From Epithemia pelagica (lineage: Eukaryota > Protista > Bacillariophyta): 64,000 bases of DNA. The stretch is taken from contig OX337239.1 of NCBI GenBank assembly GCA_946965045.2, positions 2,232,001 through 2,296,000 on the forward strand, written 5' to 3'. Shown one piece after another: positions 1 to 12,738 of this stretch (position 1 is the first letter of the stretch; every line of letters begins with the position of its first letter). A program made the position numbers and the translations under genes. The notes beneath the pieces are model-generated. The model had not been told where the DNA came from. It worked only from the letters and a program-made list of their open reading frames with translations, and did not search any database.

Positions 1-334
1 TTCGGGATGGAACGTCTGAGTTCAACGATCACCCAAACATAAAAGGGCTCATAACCTACCACGCCAACCTGACCCACCCATACCTCCCATGACGGCTGGG
101 GCTGGCGTCCGCAATAAATCACAACCACCTCACCACGTCGGTCCACGTCAAAACAAGACGTGGAAAGAGTAGATCAAAACAACCTGAAATCCACCCACTA
201 TGAGATGGGAGTCTAAAGTTCCATAACAATCATGACTAGGAGAATAAATTAAATTTCAAGCGTAACATTATGCCATCCAAACCATACAGCAACACTCAAG
301 ACCCCTGTCTACCCGCTCACATGACCAAATCAAT

Positions 335-868
335 TTAACGAAAGAAACACAACAATGGATGCCTTGCCACCAACTTGACCATCATTTCAACATCCAAGGA
401 CAACTGCAAAACCGCCGTCCAATTCTCTCCATAAATCTTTTGGATCACCGCTGCATCGTCATCTAATTCCGCACTCTATCCCGACTTTTTAAGAATCATA
501 AAAGTTGGATCGACCCCCAAAAACTTATACAACTCCGCTTTAACATGGCAAACCTTCCAATAATAGTTAATAATGACGGTGAACTCCCCTAATAATGCAT
601 TCGTAGCCACACGACAAGACAGCCAATTAACCACATTTTCATGGAACGTGACCGGCCATTCGCGACCAGACGGAATGGAACAATCATACCCACGCTCCCA
701 CTCATTCAACAGATCAACATACAAATATGGTGTTGAGACCATTGAGCTCACGTGTGTTCCGTGGACACACTCCCTTGAACCGCCAGCGATCCGACAGACC
801 AACCTGAGCCTGAAATTCCACTGACTTATCGCTTGTCTCAAAATCACAACTATCCATGGACAATTCAA
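335..868 (-). pseudogene. Ubiquitin-like-domain accessory gene with a premature TAG (476-478); paralogue of the C-terminal part of ORF 11548-12738
   Basis: IPSGREWPVTF...WLSCRVATNALLGEFTVIINYYWKVCHVKAELYKFLGVDPTFMILKKSG aligns with FPSGIQRPVTF...WLPCRVKTNNLMGELIVHVNRFWEIRDVMAELYKTYLPGVDPGFMILKKSG. Reading through the TAG gives SAELDDDAAVIQKIYGENWTAVLQLSLDVEMM..., which keeps matching TSDQLGINATVVETIFDDNAIVTLELEFNVGLM..., up to a TAA at 335-337. Confidence 0.8.
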
Positions 869-967
869 TATAATGGCACATGATCTTGACTATTTAACCA
901 ACAACCCAACAGAAATCTATCTCACAGAATTTATGAGACCAATGAAAGCCCGATTTGGCTGTCTGAT

Positions 968-1169
968 GACGGATGATAGAACCGGACTTCACGACTCAAA
1001 TTTCTGACGGAAATGGACTGTCAATCCAAAACCATCAATGCATGTTTGATTTGTACACAAACAATTGATTGGAACGGACAAGAAACGACGCAAGGCCGAC
1101 GGATGATAGAACTGGGCCTCACGAATCAAATTTTTGACGGAAATGTACTGGTGTCAATCCAAAAACATC
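968..1169. repeat. Two imperfect ~70-bp direct repeats just 3' of the Helitron ORF (968-1036, 1098-1169)
   Basis: GACGGATGATAGAAC...TGACGGAAATG...TGTCAATCCAAAA(C/A)CATC occurs twice. Confidence 0.85.
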
Positions 1170-1179
1170 GAAAGCGGTA

Positions 1180-4100
1180 CTATCCCCTTTCCTCCTCAAA
1201 CAGAACAACCTTTTCAGGTAGCTGTTTAGTCTCCCTGAACAACTCATAGAATCTCGCACACTCTTCCGAAATGCCTCTTGTTTTGTCCAAATTTAACGGC
1301 TGCCGCAAAAACAAACCATTCAAAGTAGCACAACGAGACAAACACACATACACCCAATTATCCGTATAGTCCCATGAACTAATCACCAAATGACGCAACG
1401 ACCTTCCCTGCAATTTATGTCCTGTTCGTGCATTTGATACATTAATCGGAAACTGCTTCAGCCTCATAGTCTTCTTTATCCTCACATTCCTACCAAATTC
1501 CGGCAGAAGAAACTGAACAGTCGCTGTAACTTTTGTAGCCTCCAAATTCACTACGAAACCTTCAACACCATCTTGCATTGTCACTCTCAAACTCTGAACT
1601 TGTGACACACTGACACACCAAACAAAGTAGCCATCAATACATATCTTCTCCATATCACCAACTGTAACTCCTGGCATCAACACAACTTCACGGAAAGTGC
1701 ACATTGCCCCATTAGCAACACACCTCTCAACATCGATATTGTCATTAATCATCAATGGACGACCATAGTAAAATTTCAACAATGGGTCGTAATGCTTATT
1801 ATCTTTACTCTTAACATGTCCTTCACCACAATACGCATATAACATGTCTTTACTGGCCGAATTAAAGTCCACATAGTCTCTTCTCGTCTTTGGCTTCTTC
1901 CAACGCAAGTCAGACGCACGAACGCAAATCGTATGCAAAGGGGGGTCCCTTTCCGGATCCTTTGAATGTGTTTCTGTTAAATGTTTGCAAAAGATGGCAT
2001 CGTTAATAGCCGCACGATCAATGTTGGACTTTGTGGCATAATCTGCCGTAGACGGTATGTCGCTCTCACGTGGCCCCCGTGGACTACCAACAACACGTGT
2101 ATTCAATGTATCCAGATCTATTGCATCAGGCCCAATATCTCTATACCTTGAAAGCAGTTCACCGTAATCTGGATCGTCGACGAATCTATGATTAGTTCGA
2201 AGCTCCATAAACGTATGTACCCATTCATACCAATGTTCAAGATCCTTATACACAAACAAGGGGTATCCTTTCACGGGTTTCAACTGCGTAAAATCCCCAG
2301 CAAATAACACAGGAATTCCTCCATATCGGGCAGTTGCATTTTCTTTGTTCTCACGCAGTTTATGATGCAGACTTATAAGCACATCTTTGGATGCAAACGA
2401 AATTTCATCCACAACCAACATATACGCATTTGTCCACTCCTCGACCTCTCCATCAACCTCTCGATTTATAGCACAGGCATTATGGGTTGTTTCACCATTT
2501 ATACCAACAGCAGCCGCACCAGTAAGCGCGGTCACAACAATAGTCCGCTTGTCGTACTTAACACTCAAATTGCGGCACATGCTTTTGGCATATCGGACAA
2601 CCGATTTTAAAACATGGCTTTTCCCCGTACCACCTGCACCAGAAAGGAACGCGATGTATTGATGACCTCTATTCACTTTTTCCAATTCTTTTTTGCGTAA
2701 ACTAAGAAACCTCGTATTCTGGTGGTTTGCCTCCAGTTCATCTTCGGAGTCGGCTGCTGCTTGTGTTCTATTTGCCTCCTTATATAATTCCAGCACAAAC
2801 GCAGCTACTATTGACTCAAAAGCTCTTTTTTGATCCACATCAGATCTAAAACACACATCCGCATACGCCCGAATATTCTCCAATGTCCCAGTTGCCTGCA
2901 GGTGACTGTTAGCATCTACACCCATCACACGCTCACGAAAACGGACAGACAGTTCATGCAAACTTCTATAAGTGATTCTTCTTGATTCAAATACCTTCTC
3001 ATCCACACTTGCATGCTGTACAAAGGTAGCACTGTCTGCCTGCTCATCAAAACTGACACGAAACACTGATGGCGACGAGTCAGGCAACTCCGGACAGACC
3101 ACCAAGTTTTCACCACATTTGTTTGTCCCACATGACCGAATAAACCTGCTATCAACTGCCAACAATCCATCAGCGTTTCTTAACAACGGCGGACTCACAT
3201 CCAGGCACGAAATCAATTCATCAAAAACTGCATCCATGCCAGGGTCGATTCCTGTTTCGCACTCTTCCTCAGAATCACTTGCATCACCAACAACAAGCGA
3301 TGGTTGCTGTGTCACTCTTTCTAGAGAATCGCTCGGTCTCCCGCAATTAAGACTATTACGACAGTCTTGTATGTTTGAAAGAACCGTCAAATGCTGTTTT
3401 AAAATGATACCACCTGCCAAACCCTGCTGGAATTTCCCCAGATATCTCCTGTTCCCTGATCTAAGATCCCCTGTCTGCCGAAAGGGGTAAAAAAGAAGGC
3501 AGGCCTTCTTTGCATAAGATTCCATGGCTGCCAAACCAGAATCAAGAACAACATCTCCCGATGCATCAACATTGTCAATTGACCGGTCCCCAAAAAATTT
3601 TGTATCAACAAAATCCAGAAAGGAAATAAGTGGAATTTTGTCTTTCTTATTTTTTTTCAACACCAAATTACCCCGCGACGGATGCTCTGCTACCCACTCC
3701 ATTCCACGGTTTTTAGAGGTCGCACGCCCAACAGAATAACTGCAGAGGAAGTCATAAAGACACACACCCTCTAAATCATGTGGCCTATATAAGTAATCAG
3801 CCACAGACGATTTCAGGAAAACCTCGCCGTCATAGGCATCACACGAAAACTTCTCAAGTTTGTCTGACTCAAAATCCCTGAGATCAACATATGCAAATTC
3901 ATGCGAAAACCCAAAACGAGACTCATTCCTCAACAAAAACGCTGCCATTGGTGCACTGCATACGTGTGCCCCCGTAGAAAGCAAAACAGCACCAATTAGC
4001 CCACGCATACCGTGCAGGACTCTGTCATTATCAGTATCGGCAGTGTTATTCTCCCGATTCTCATTGACCCCTAAATCGTTGCTTAAATACGTCTTCATTT

Positions 4101-6838
4101 TACGAACCATATGCTTCGCGGCAGAAGCAAAATGCTCATTGTCCTCATTCTGCGTATTCTTCGACACATAGCATGTCATATACATGACACTACCACCATC
4201 GACACCCGCAACCACATTGGTGTTACAAGCAAACAGATTACTTGCCGCACGATTATGGATATTCATCATAACATCTGCTCTGGAACGCTTATGACCTACA
4301 TGGAAAAGCTGTCGTGCACGGTTGTTCCCTTTCCAGTCGTACCAATTAGTGTAATGCTCATCAAAAACCAAAGTGGTTTTTTCAAAGGGAAGGTTGGGAA
4401 TCTTCATCCGGCATTCTCCCCCTTTTTTGAAACATGCTGTACAGTGATTCGAATTATGTAGGTTCCTCAAAGCTGCGACAAACCTTGCAGCTTGTTTATC
4501 GTCGAGGATCTTCGGAACAAACGGATGATTATGCCGCATCAATGCAAACTCCATAAGTAGCTGATATTTTGTGTGTTGTGAAGAAACATGTGGCCAAAAC
4601 GGTTCATCGTCCCCCCCCTGCAGAGAAAACATTGGGTCAAGTAGGATTTTTACCAGATCCTCACTTGAGTAGCCTTTGTCACAAGTCCCACACTTCATAA
4701 TTTGTTTCCCACCGAAAGCCGTCTTTCCAGCCCGTGTACGGAGATTTCGCAAGTCCTGCGCACTGCAGTGCTCTAAGACAGACCCAGAGCAGCCATCATT
4801 TGTGCACACCGGTTGACAATCGTTACCATGCAATTCTGCACTTGACACGGCTGACACATATTTCTCCATTTGCTTCTTGAACGTATCCCTGAGGCTTTCA
4901 TCCGATAGCCCATTTAGCAATTTTGCCCAATCTTTCACCCACAGCAGAAAATGTGCATGTAGGGTTTTTCGTCCCTGTTCCTCAACTGCGTAACACCACC
5001 CACTTATGTCTCCAAATATTCCAAAGCAGGGTTTGTTTTTCTGTTCAGTTTCGTCCCACCCTATCAAATGTGCGATTGTAATCCGGAGTACATTCTCAAA
5101 ATCAAATGCACACAGCCCTGGATTATCAACCCTAATTTCCTTACATTCCTTAGCATATTTTGCAAGTTCACTGAAATCACAAGTGAATGGATCGGGTGGT
5201 GGACGCTCGCCCGTCCCGTCCGTCGACATTACCCTGATTCTGTAGTTAATTGCATCCTCTGGTGTAATGGTAAACAACAAAGACGGCAAACCATGATGCG
5301 AAATCATCGAAAACATTCTCTGTCGGGCCCTTTTTGCCGCACCCGACGTATGGCCCATGGAAGAAGTAATCGCTCTCAACTTTTGAAGAAACATGTATCC
5401 CGGGGTGGAACATGACACGTTGTCCTGCATCATCCGCAAGGCCTCCTCAATTGCCTCTGTCGAAATATCTGGAAACGACTGTGCTTGTGAATCAGACACC
5501 CTAAGGAAAGTATTGGCAACCATTCTTTTTCTCTCAAACATATTATGAAGGACACATATAAAGGCTGCCCCATGAAAACGTGATGGGGCTAACATAGACA
5601 AATGTTTCAGATACCCAACCCCCTGCCGCGATTCACCCTCCGAATTACGACCGCCAATTCCGTAGGGAAACTGAAGGGGGAACGCACGAATCAAGTTGTC
5701 ACCCTCATAATCACGGAGTAGATGTGGGGTTGGCCGGGATATCAATGTTGCTTGCTTGTCAGACTCTGGTGTTACTAAATTTTCTACAGAAGCATTTCTG
5801 AACTCCTGCTGAGTCGCAAACCCACCATTACCTGTTTTGGGTTCATCAGAGTCCGGGAAAACCGCATTGATTTCAAAAACCAGCTCGACATTTGACGACG
5901 ATTCAGGAACAATCTCTGCTTTGTCAAGGAAAATTGGTTTCAGCATTGCATCTGTTGGGAGATCATATTCTGCATATAGTGGGTTATTTGCTTTTAACCA
6001 TAACAGTGCATTTTGCATTTTTTCCCATCTCACTTCGGTTTTCTCCCTCACTTTTGCACGCTGGGATGACGTAAACGGGCCGCATAATACCACCGCGATT
6101 GTAGGAATGTATAACTTCTTTTCTGCGTTTTCTTCCCCACCCAAGCTATCATTGCTTTCTCCTTGCTGGTGTCGTCGTGTGGTTGCCTCATTACACCAAT
6201 TAACAACGCCATTGACGGCATCAAGGTCATTATAGTACAGCGAATGCCATCCCCTTATTGATTTATGGCTACCAGCGGTAAATGAAAAAATGTGTTTGTT
6301 TGTCCTAGCGGGCGCTATCATAGCCAATTCAACCTCATTAAGGTCTGTCAAACACACAGGAGGCTTTCCAATCGATAGGCCGTTAACAATGGCATAGCGT
6401 GGTGGGTGCAGTCACCTTTCTTGTTTTTCATGTTCTGAAGGTGCGAGTGACATGCCCTACAGCATCCAAGGCCTTCTTTTGTGCCCTTTTTGGCGGGGTA
6501 TGATTTGGGGGACAAAACCAAATTGTTCAGAAACTTATACTCCTTTCGCCTAGTCGTATAACAGTGCTGTGTATAGTGCTTCTGGATAGCAACCTGCCCT
6601 TCCTGTTTAATCCCATACTCCAACAAACCCAAGTTCTTCTTCGACAACACAGAACACAAACGTTTGTGACGGATGTCCTGTATGGTCAAGCATTTCTCAT
6701 CACCGTATGGAATCAATGTGTCACAAACACAGCATATTTTTGCGTTGGAGTTGCCCTGTGCGTCTGTGTACAACAACCCTTGCGCGCAGATTCTGCATTT
6801 CTAATGCCCTGTGATCTTGCCCTAAAATCTGCATTCAT
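1180..6838 (-). CDS. Helitron Rep/helicase (HUH endonuclease + Pif1-family SF1B helicase); two single-base frameshifts near the N-terminus (~6778, ~6405)
   Basis: HUH motif VEEQGRKTLHAHFLLW, Tyr motif YMTCYVSK, Walker A GAGGTGKS, Walker B LVVDEIS, AGDFTQLKPV, and QFP...ARTGHKLQGRSL...YVCLSR. Adding one C/G at each run joins MNADFRAR...ARKG-LLYTD...CCVCD...GDCT-PPRYAIVNGLSIGKPPVCLTDL into the 1725-aa ORF. Confidence 0.93.
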
Positions 6839-6884
6839 GACTAAAATGAAGCTAAAAATTTAATAAACAAAATGCATGTCGCTG

Positions 6885-7395
<511 letters not shown>

Positions 7396-7695
7396 TATGT
7401 TACTCAGTGTAAGTCGCTGTAAGCACGAAAGCTGTGGCGGGAATTCCTTTGTTGTCAGAAACAACTATTGAGGAAGCCTCTTTTCCAACAGCCGCGTTGC
7501 CGTAGTACCCGACTAATTACGAAACGCGGGCCCCTCACACCGTAGTAATCCAGGTTGTCAGTATATCACAGACAATAATGTCACGTGACTGGCAGCTTCA
7601 CCTGTTAGGGATCCACGCACTGAGCCTGTCCTTGTAGTCTTGATACTTGAGTCTTGCCCAATCACTGTGGGATCGCCAGTCCCTTGCCCGTACTC

Positions 7696-7846
7696 CACAC
7701 GGCCGACGACAGACGGCGTCCTCGGTCAACCAAGATTCAGATTTCCGTTCAGATCGCGAATCAGTCGCCCTCTTCACACGGCCGACGACAGACGATGTCG
7801 TAAGACAACCGAGATTCAGTTTCGGTCCCGCGGAATCAGTCGCCCT
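7696..7846. repeat. Two ~79-bp-period direct repeats, each containing a GATTC...GAATC inverted pair
   Basis: CACACGGCCGACGACAGACG at 7696 and 7775; GAATCAGTCGCCCT closes both units. Confidence 0.8.
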
Positions 7847-8688
7847 GTCCGTGATGCAGAAAAGAGTACCGACTATGTGGCGAGCACAGCCGCGACAGAT
7901 GTTTCGTTAGTGCGCAATGATGTGCCGTAGCACGCGGAGTTGTACCTGTCGAGTACTTTAAACTCCGCCCCCCTGACGGTATCCAGCCGGTCTGGCAAGG
8001 ATCGCCCTCTTGTCAACCTTTCGGTCTACTTGTACTCAAGGTACGGGATGGGGGTGTACAACAATCTCTAGGGATTGGAAATCCAGTTGCCGGTTGGATT
8101 GGTTACCACCGATGGTTCCCCGGATTTTGTTAGCAAAGACACAGAACTCACACACGGAATCAAGCGACACACTTCCTTCCTCAGATCGTTTCGCACAAAC
8201 ACACGTGGTTACACGTGGTAACTCAGCCGCCACAAGAACACGCGGTTACACAACAATACGTGTGATAAACTTCGTACCAAGTACCAACAACCAACCGACA
8301 AATTATGCTGTGAGCTGTGAACTGTGAACCAGCACCGGAAAACAAAATAATGAAAGCAAGAAATAATGAGACAAGATGGATGGAGTGGATGCTGATCAGT
8401 TCCAATCCGTAATGTACTAGAAAAACGTGGACGGCACACAACTAACACGCCGGACTACTACGTTAATCACCACGCTAGAATAGTACCACAGACTGTACTA
8501 GTGTTGTGTTTCACGCTGCGGTCGTGTTTGATTGTTGAATATGTGTGGTGCTTGAAAGATCGTGGAAATAGACTGCACGCCGTGGGCTGGTGGGAACGGA
8601 CTAGGTAATTTGATTGCTGTGCATCGCGTTGTTGTGTCTCTGTCAGCATTGGCATCTCCCCCGGTACGGCGTGGTGTTTCACGCTCTT

Positions 8689-8985
8689 GTGTTCCACGGT
8701 CCTCTTGCGGTCGTGGTTGATTGTTGAATCTGTTGTTGTTTGTGGTGTCTCCGATTGCATTGGCACTTCGTCGGGTGGTTCACGCTGCTGCATTCGTGGT
8801 TGATTGTTGGGTATGTGTGAAAATTGTTGTCGGTTGTGTTCCACGGTCCTCTTGCGGTCGTGGTTGATTGTTGAATCTGTGTGCTGTTTGTGATGTCTCC
8901 GAATGCATTGGCACTTCGCCCGGTGATTCACGCTGCTGCATTTGTGGTTGATTGTTGGGTATGTGTGTAAATTGTTGTGTGTCCT
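8689..8985. repeat. ~147-bp tandem repeat (two copies plus a partial copy near 8504); possibly a frameshifted Q/T/P-rich coding repeat on the minus strand
   Basis: GTGTTCCACGGTCCTCTTGCGGTCGTGGTTGATTGTTGAATCTGT at 8689 and 8836. The peptide QQF(S/T)HIPNNQP.MQQRE.P.EVPM.SET.QT appears in two different minus-strand frames. Confidence 0.75.
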
Positions 8986-9229
8986 GATGATGACATAAAT
9001 GGACCGTTGCAGTCCACGGTACGACTCGACCTGGATTCGACGTTAATGGACTGATGGAGATGGCACGACAATCAACCATAACAGCATTCATTTCCTGTTG
9101 ATCTCATAAATCCAGCTGAGAACAATTGGTGTCTTATCTGGAGAAAGTTGAGTAAGACAGCATGGTGAGTTCCGTTCGTCGTGCAATAACCATGGTGCTT
9201 GGCCCGGCGCTTACTTACCGTCCCCATTT

Positions 9230-10042
9230 TTGCAGACCAACGCAACAGAAACATCCGATGTGTCTCAGGGTGCACACAGAGTGGTTACTCCCGTTAAGCT
9301 CAAGAGGAGTCCATTTGCTTCGAAAGGGAAGAAGAAAGTGAAGGACGTCCGTGCATCTGCGGCTGGGCCACAGGTGACGGAAGTTCACCTCGAACAGTGT
9401 GGTCCGAAGGGAGCGTTTATTGTTGGGTATCTTAAGCTTCAGAAGGCGGGTGTTGAAGAATCGGGATATCTGAAGCCAGTCACTGACGAAATTCTCAATA
9501 GTGCGCAAGGCGAGCTCGAATCGTATGACATGCGCATCACGACCCTACACCGTCGTGTGTCGCGCGAAAAGAACCTTCCGTTGGTGAAGGGCCCCCCCAA
9601 GCCGAACCAAGGTGTTTTTTTCTGGCCATGTGTTGTCGCGTGCCCGCCTACCGAGCACGATCCGTTGGTTGATAACACTGCGCACGCGCAGCTCAAGAAA
9701 GAATTCGCGGAGAAGCTAATCGAGATTCTTGAGCGCGCGGACAATGAGAACCCCAATGTTACTTGGGAAAAGGACTATATTTACAAGGCGGAGTTCGACC
9801 ACACTCAGAGCCCGCCTCGCGCGCTTGATCATCTATTTACAGATGAGCACGTGGCGGAAATAATCGATAGCTACTTGGCCGAGGAAAGGAGTCCCACGAC
9901 GGATTTTTATTCCCAGTTTTTTGACGGTGGTGAAGGTGGTGAACACGTGGAACATGACTCGGTTTTCAGCGTCGACCGTAACGGTCGTTATTCGAATGTC
10001 GCGCGCTTCAAGTTCGGATATCCCGGCATGACTCAAGGCTGA
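9230..10042 (+). CDS. Hypothetical 270-aa protein in the Helitron-associated block
   Basis: Long ORF with globular, non-repetitive composition and a basic N-terminal patch (KGKKKVK); no family recognised. Confidence 0.6.
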   Translation: MQTNATETSDVSQGAHRVVTPVKLKRSPFASKGKKKVKDVRASAAGPQVTEVHLEQCGPKGAFIVGYLKLQKAGVEESGYLKPVTDEILNSAQGELESYDMRITTLHRRVSREKNLPLVKGPPKPNQGVFFWPCVVACPPTEHDPLVDNTAHAQLKKEFAEKLIEILERADNENPNVTWEKDYIYKAEFDHTQSPPRALDHLFTDEHVAEIIDSYLAEERSPTTDFYSQFFDGGEGGEHVEHDSVFSVDRNGRYSNVARFKFGYPGMTQG

Positions 10043-10652
10043 GGTCTTGTATGAAGAGCACGGAGAGATTGGCCTTTGATTAGTTGTTGTAGTAATCTAA
10101 TCTAGAAGTCTTAAGGCCGGCGCCGCAAGTGTTTTGTGCTTATAGGGTTGCATACAGATACAGGTGGTTGTCCTTCACTGCGATTCGCGGTGATTCTCCT
10201 ACTTTCATTTTCCTCTCGCTCTGCACATGACAGCACTGTTGGGCGGAACAACAAGAGCGGTCGAAGTCGATCGTTTCGAGGTAGCTTTAAGAGAAGAAGC
10301 CAAGCCACATCGTCTACCGCTGGTGTTTCAACCTCATTTGCAATCACCACAGTCAAACCAGCACCAGTGGCATTGCAAGGATTGGTTCCCAAAACTAATT
10401 GTTGGACGATTGTGCTACTTTCTCAAGTTCCGTTGTCCATTTGGCTCTCACTCCCTATGGAAATGAACAAGAAGATCCCAACAAGAAGATCCCTATAGAA
10501 AAGAACAAGAAGATGAATGCAAAAGAAACTACTGTCACCTAAATTGAGACGTGGTAAAGACGCAGACGGCGGAAAGGTACTCAATTTTTCACGTCAAAAA
10601 ACAATGGTGTTTGGTTTCTTGATCCGCCGCAACTGGAGACGAGCCGCAACAA

Positions 10653-11447
10653 TCAGACATACGCCTCTTCAACCAAACGCGACGATCGGCACGAGTCTCG
10701 CTTGCCTCCATTGCTCTCCATTTGTTCGTTCGTGTCAACCAACACAACGGAATCATCATCTTCTTCTGAATCATCGTCCTCATGGTCTTGCCCGTCTTGT
10801 TTCTCTTCTTCTGAATCATCATCCTCATGGTCTTGCCCATCTAGCTCCTCTTCGGAATCGTCTTCCTCTTCCTCGTCGTCTTGCTCATTGTCGCTCTCCT
10901 GTTTGCATTCTGGTGTTGACGAAAGCGAAAAATTCTCGGGAAGGTAAGTCTCGCCGAAATCACGATGACTTCCCATCACCATAGCTAGTGTAATAGCACC
11001 GTTAGAAAGATCGCTGTCGTTTTCGTACACATATGCCTTCATAGCAATCCGTTTTCCGTTTTGCTTGGTTAGGCGAATGTCACATAGAGGAATCCGCATC
11101 TTTTTTGCAATGGTGCGTAAAACGTGAATTGCCGTGGAGTACTTTTTGACTACGCAGGTACGGAAGTCGACCGTATCACTCACACGCACGTAACAATCCA
11201 CGGGTTGAAAGGAACAGCCGCCGTCGATCGTTGTGCGTGCACGATAACCAGGTGTGCCTGGATGACGCAAAAAGCCGGCACGGTTACGGTAGATGGCACG
11301 ACGAGGATACATGTGACGATACAATGGAACAACCAACGTAGCATATAGCCATGGCACGGTCCGTCGTCGAAATGTGTTTGATTGTTGGGTGGGTTTTCGG
11401 TTGGTTGTCGTGTCGGTCGGTTTCTGTCCACCGTGACGAGTTTCCAC
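10653..11447 (-). CDS. Ubiquitin-like-domain protein with acidic tail (ATG start probably 11312)
   Basis: CYVRVSDTVDFRTCVVKKYSTAIHVLRTIAKKMRIPLCDIRLTKQNGKRI follows the ubiquitin pattern (beta-beta-helix-IPxxxxRL-GKxI). It is followed by D/E-rich repeats (DGQDHEDDDSEE x2). Confidence 0.6.
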   Translation of the reverse strand: METRHGGQKPTDTTTNRKPTQQSNTFRRRTVPWLYATLVVPLYRHMYPRRAIYRNRAGFLRHPGTPGYRARTTIDGGCSFQPVDCYVRVSDTVDFRTCVVKKYSTAIHVLRTIAKKMRIPLCDIRLTKQNGKRIAMKAYVYENDSDLSNGAITLAMVMGSHRDFGETYLPENFSLSSTPECKQESDNEQDDEEEEDDSEEELDGQDHEDDDSEEEKQDGQDHEDDDSEEDDDSVVLVDTNEQMESNGGKRDSCRSSRLVEEAYV

Positions 11448-11547
11448 GGCACGACCTCCGTGGAGGTGTGGTTACGGTTTGCGGGTGGGTTTTTTAGGTA
11501 ACAGAATAGAAGAAAAGGTTAGAGACGAAGTTGTCTTATAAATTTTC

Positions 11548-12738
11548 GTGTCCACCACAGTCTGCTTTTGTGCACTTACCTCAGTTGTCAAGACTATGGT
11601 TCAGTTGGTTGTTTTGCCGTCGCGGCACTTCGTTGTTGGGGCCGACGACGAGATGGCGCAGTTTATTGTTAAAGTTTCGCCGACGTGGGGATTCGGTGCA
11701 ATGTGCATGCAAGACACTCCACTCGACGTCATTCGGCTTCGCGTTTCCGAAGCGTTGGAGGTTCCGGAAACTTTGATTGGCTTGGCAGATGAACAGACAA
11801 ACCAGGTGATCGATGGTGGTGAGTCTCTTGGTCATGACGGACGAATCATGCGAGTTCGGTGGTCAGTGGATTCGAGTGAGGGACACAGCTGGGGATTGCC
11901 TACGGTTGAGCAAGATTTGGTATTGAAGGGTAGCTACAGGATCTATTTTCGTCCGCCTACTACGTCCAGGCCCTTTCCGATTGACAAGTTGTCGACGATT
12001 GAGGGAGGATTTCGTATTTGCTTTCCGTTTTCGCCGACGTGGGGATTCGGTGCAATGTGCATGCAAGACACTCCACTCGACGTCATTCGGCTTCGCGTTT
12101 CCGAAGCGTTGGAGGTTCCGGAAACTTTGATTGGCTTGGCAGATGAACAGACAAACCAGGTGATCGATGGTGGTGAGTCTCTTGGTCATGACGGACGAAT
12201 CATGCGAGTTCGGTGGTCAGTGGATTCGAGTGAGGGACACAGCTGGGGATTGCCTACGGTTGAGCAAGATTTGGTATTGAAGGGTAGCTACAGGATCTAT
12301 TTTCGTCCGCCTACTACGTCCAGGCCCTTTCCGATTGACAAGTTGTCGACGATTGAGGGAGGATTTCGTATTCGCTTTCCGTCTGGTATTCAACGCCCTG
12401 TCACGTTTGGTAGTCCATCTCACGACTGGCTCCCTTGCCGTGTCAAGACCAACAATTTGATGGGTGAGTTGATTGTTCATGTTAATCGTTTCTGGGAGAT
12501 TCGTGATGTGATGGCTGAGTTGTACAAGACCTACCTACCGGGGGTTGACCCTGGTTTCATGATTCTCAAAAAATCGGGGACGAGCGACCAATTGGGCATT
12601 AATGCGACTGTGGTTGAAACGATTTTCGACGACAATGCTATCGTGACATTGGAGCTTGAATTTAACGTGGGATTGATGGATGCCGTTGTACAGGAACATC
12701 AGTACTTGAACTATTTTCCGCGTGTGGATCTCGTCTAA
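11548..12738 (+). CDS. Multi-ubiquitin-like-domain protein (ATG probably 11596) with an internal 118-aa duplication
   Basis: QFIVKV...QDTPLDVIRLRVSEALEVPETLIGL...VIDGGESLG...IMRVRW and LPCRVKT...GELIVHV...EIRDVMAELYK...GVDPGFMILKKSG...IVTLEL both align by eye to ubiquitin [46 protein letters not shown]. There is no C-terminal GG. Confidence 0.7.
   Translation: MSTTVCFCALTSVVKTMVQLVVLPSRHFVVGADDEMAQFIVKVSPTWGFGAMCMQDTPLDVIRLRVSEALEVPETLIGLADEQTNQVIDGGESLGHDGRIMRVRWSVDSSEGHSWGLPTVEQDLVLKGSYRIYFRPPTTSRPFPIDKLSTIEGGFRICFPFSPTWGFGAMCMQDTPLDVIRLRVSEALEVPETLIGLADEQTNQVIDGGESLGHDGRIMRVRWSVDSSEGHSWGLPTVEQDLVLKGSYRIYFRPPTTSRPFPIDKLSTIEGGFRIRFPSGIQRPVTFGSPSHDWLPCRVKTNNLMGELIVHVNRFWEIRDVMAELYKTYLPGVDPGFMILKKSGTSDQLGINATVVETIFDDNAIVTLELEFNVGLMDAVVQEHQYLNYFPRVDLV
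11675..12382 (+). repeat. Near-perfect 354-bp in-frame tandem duplication
   Basis: 11675-12028 matches 12029-12382; the only mismatch I saw is T12019/C12373 (FRICFP vs FRIRFP). Confidence 0.95.
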
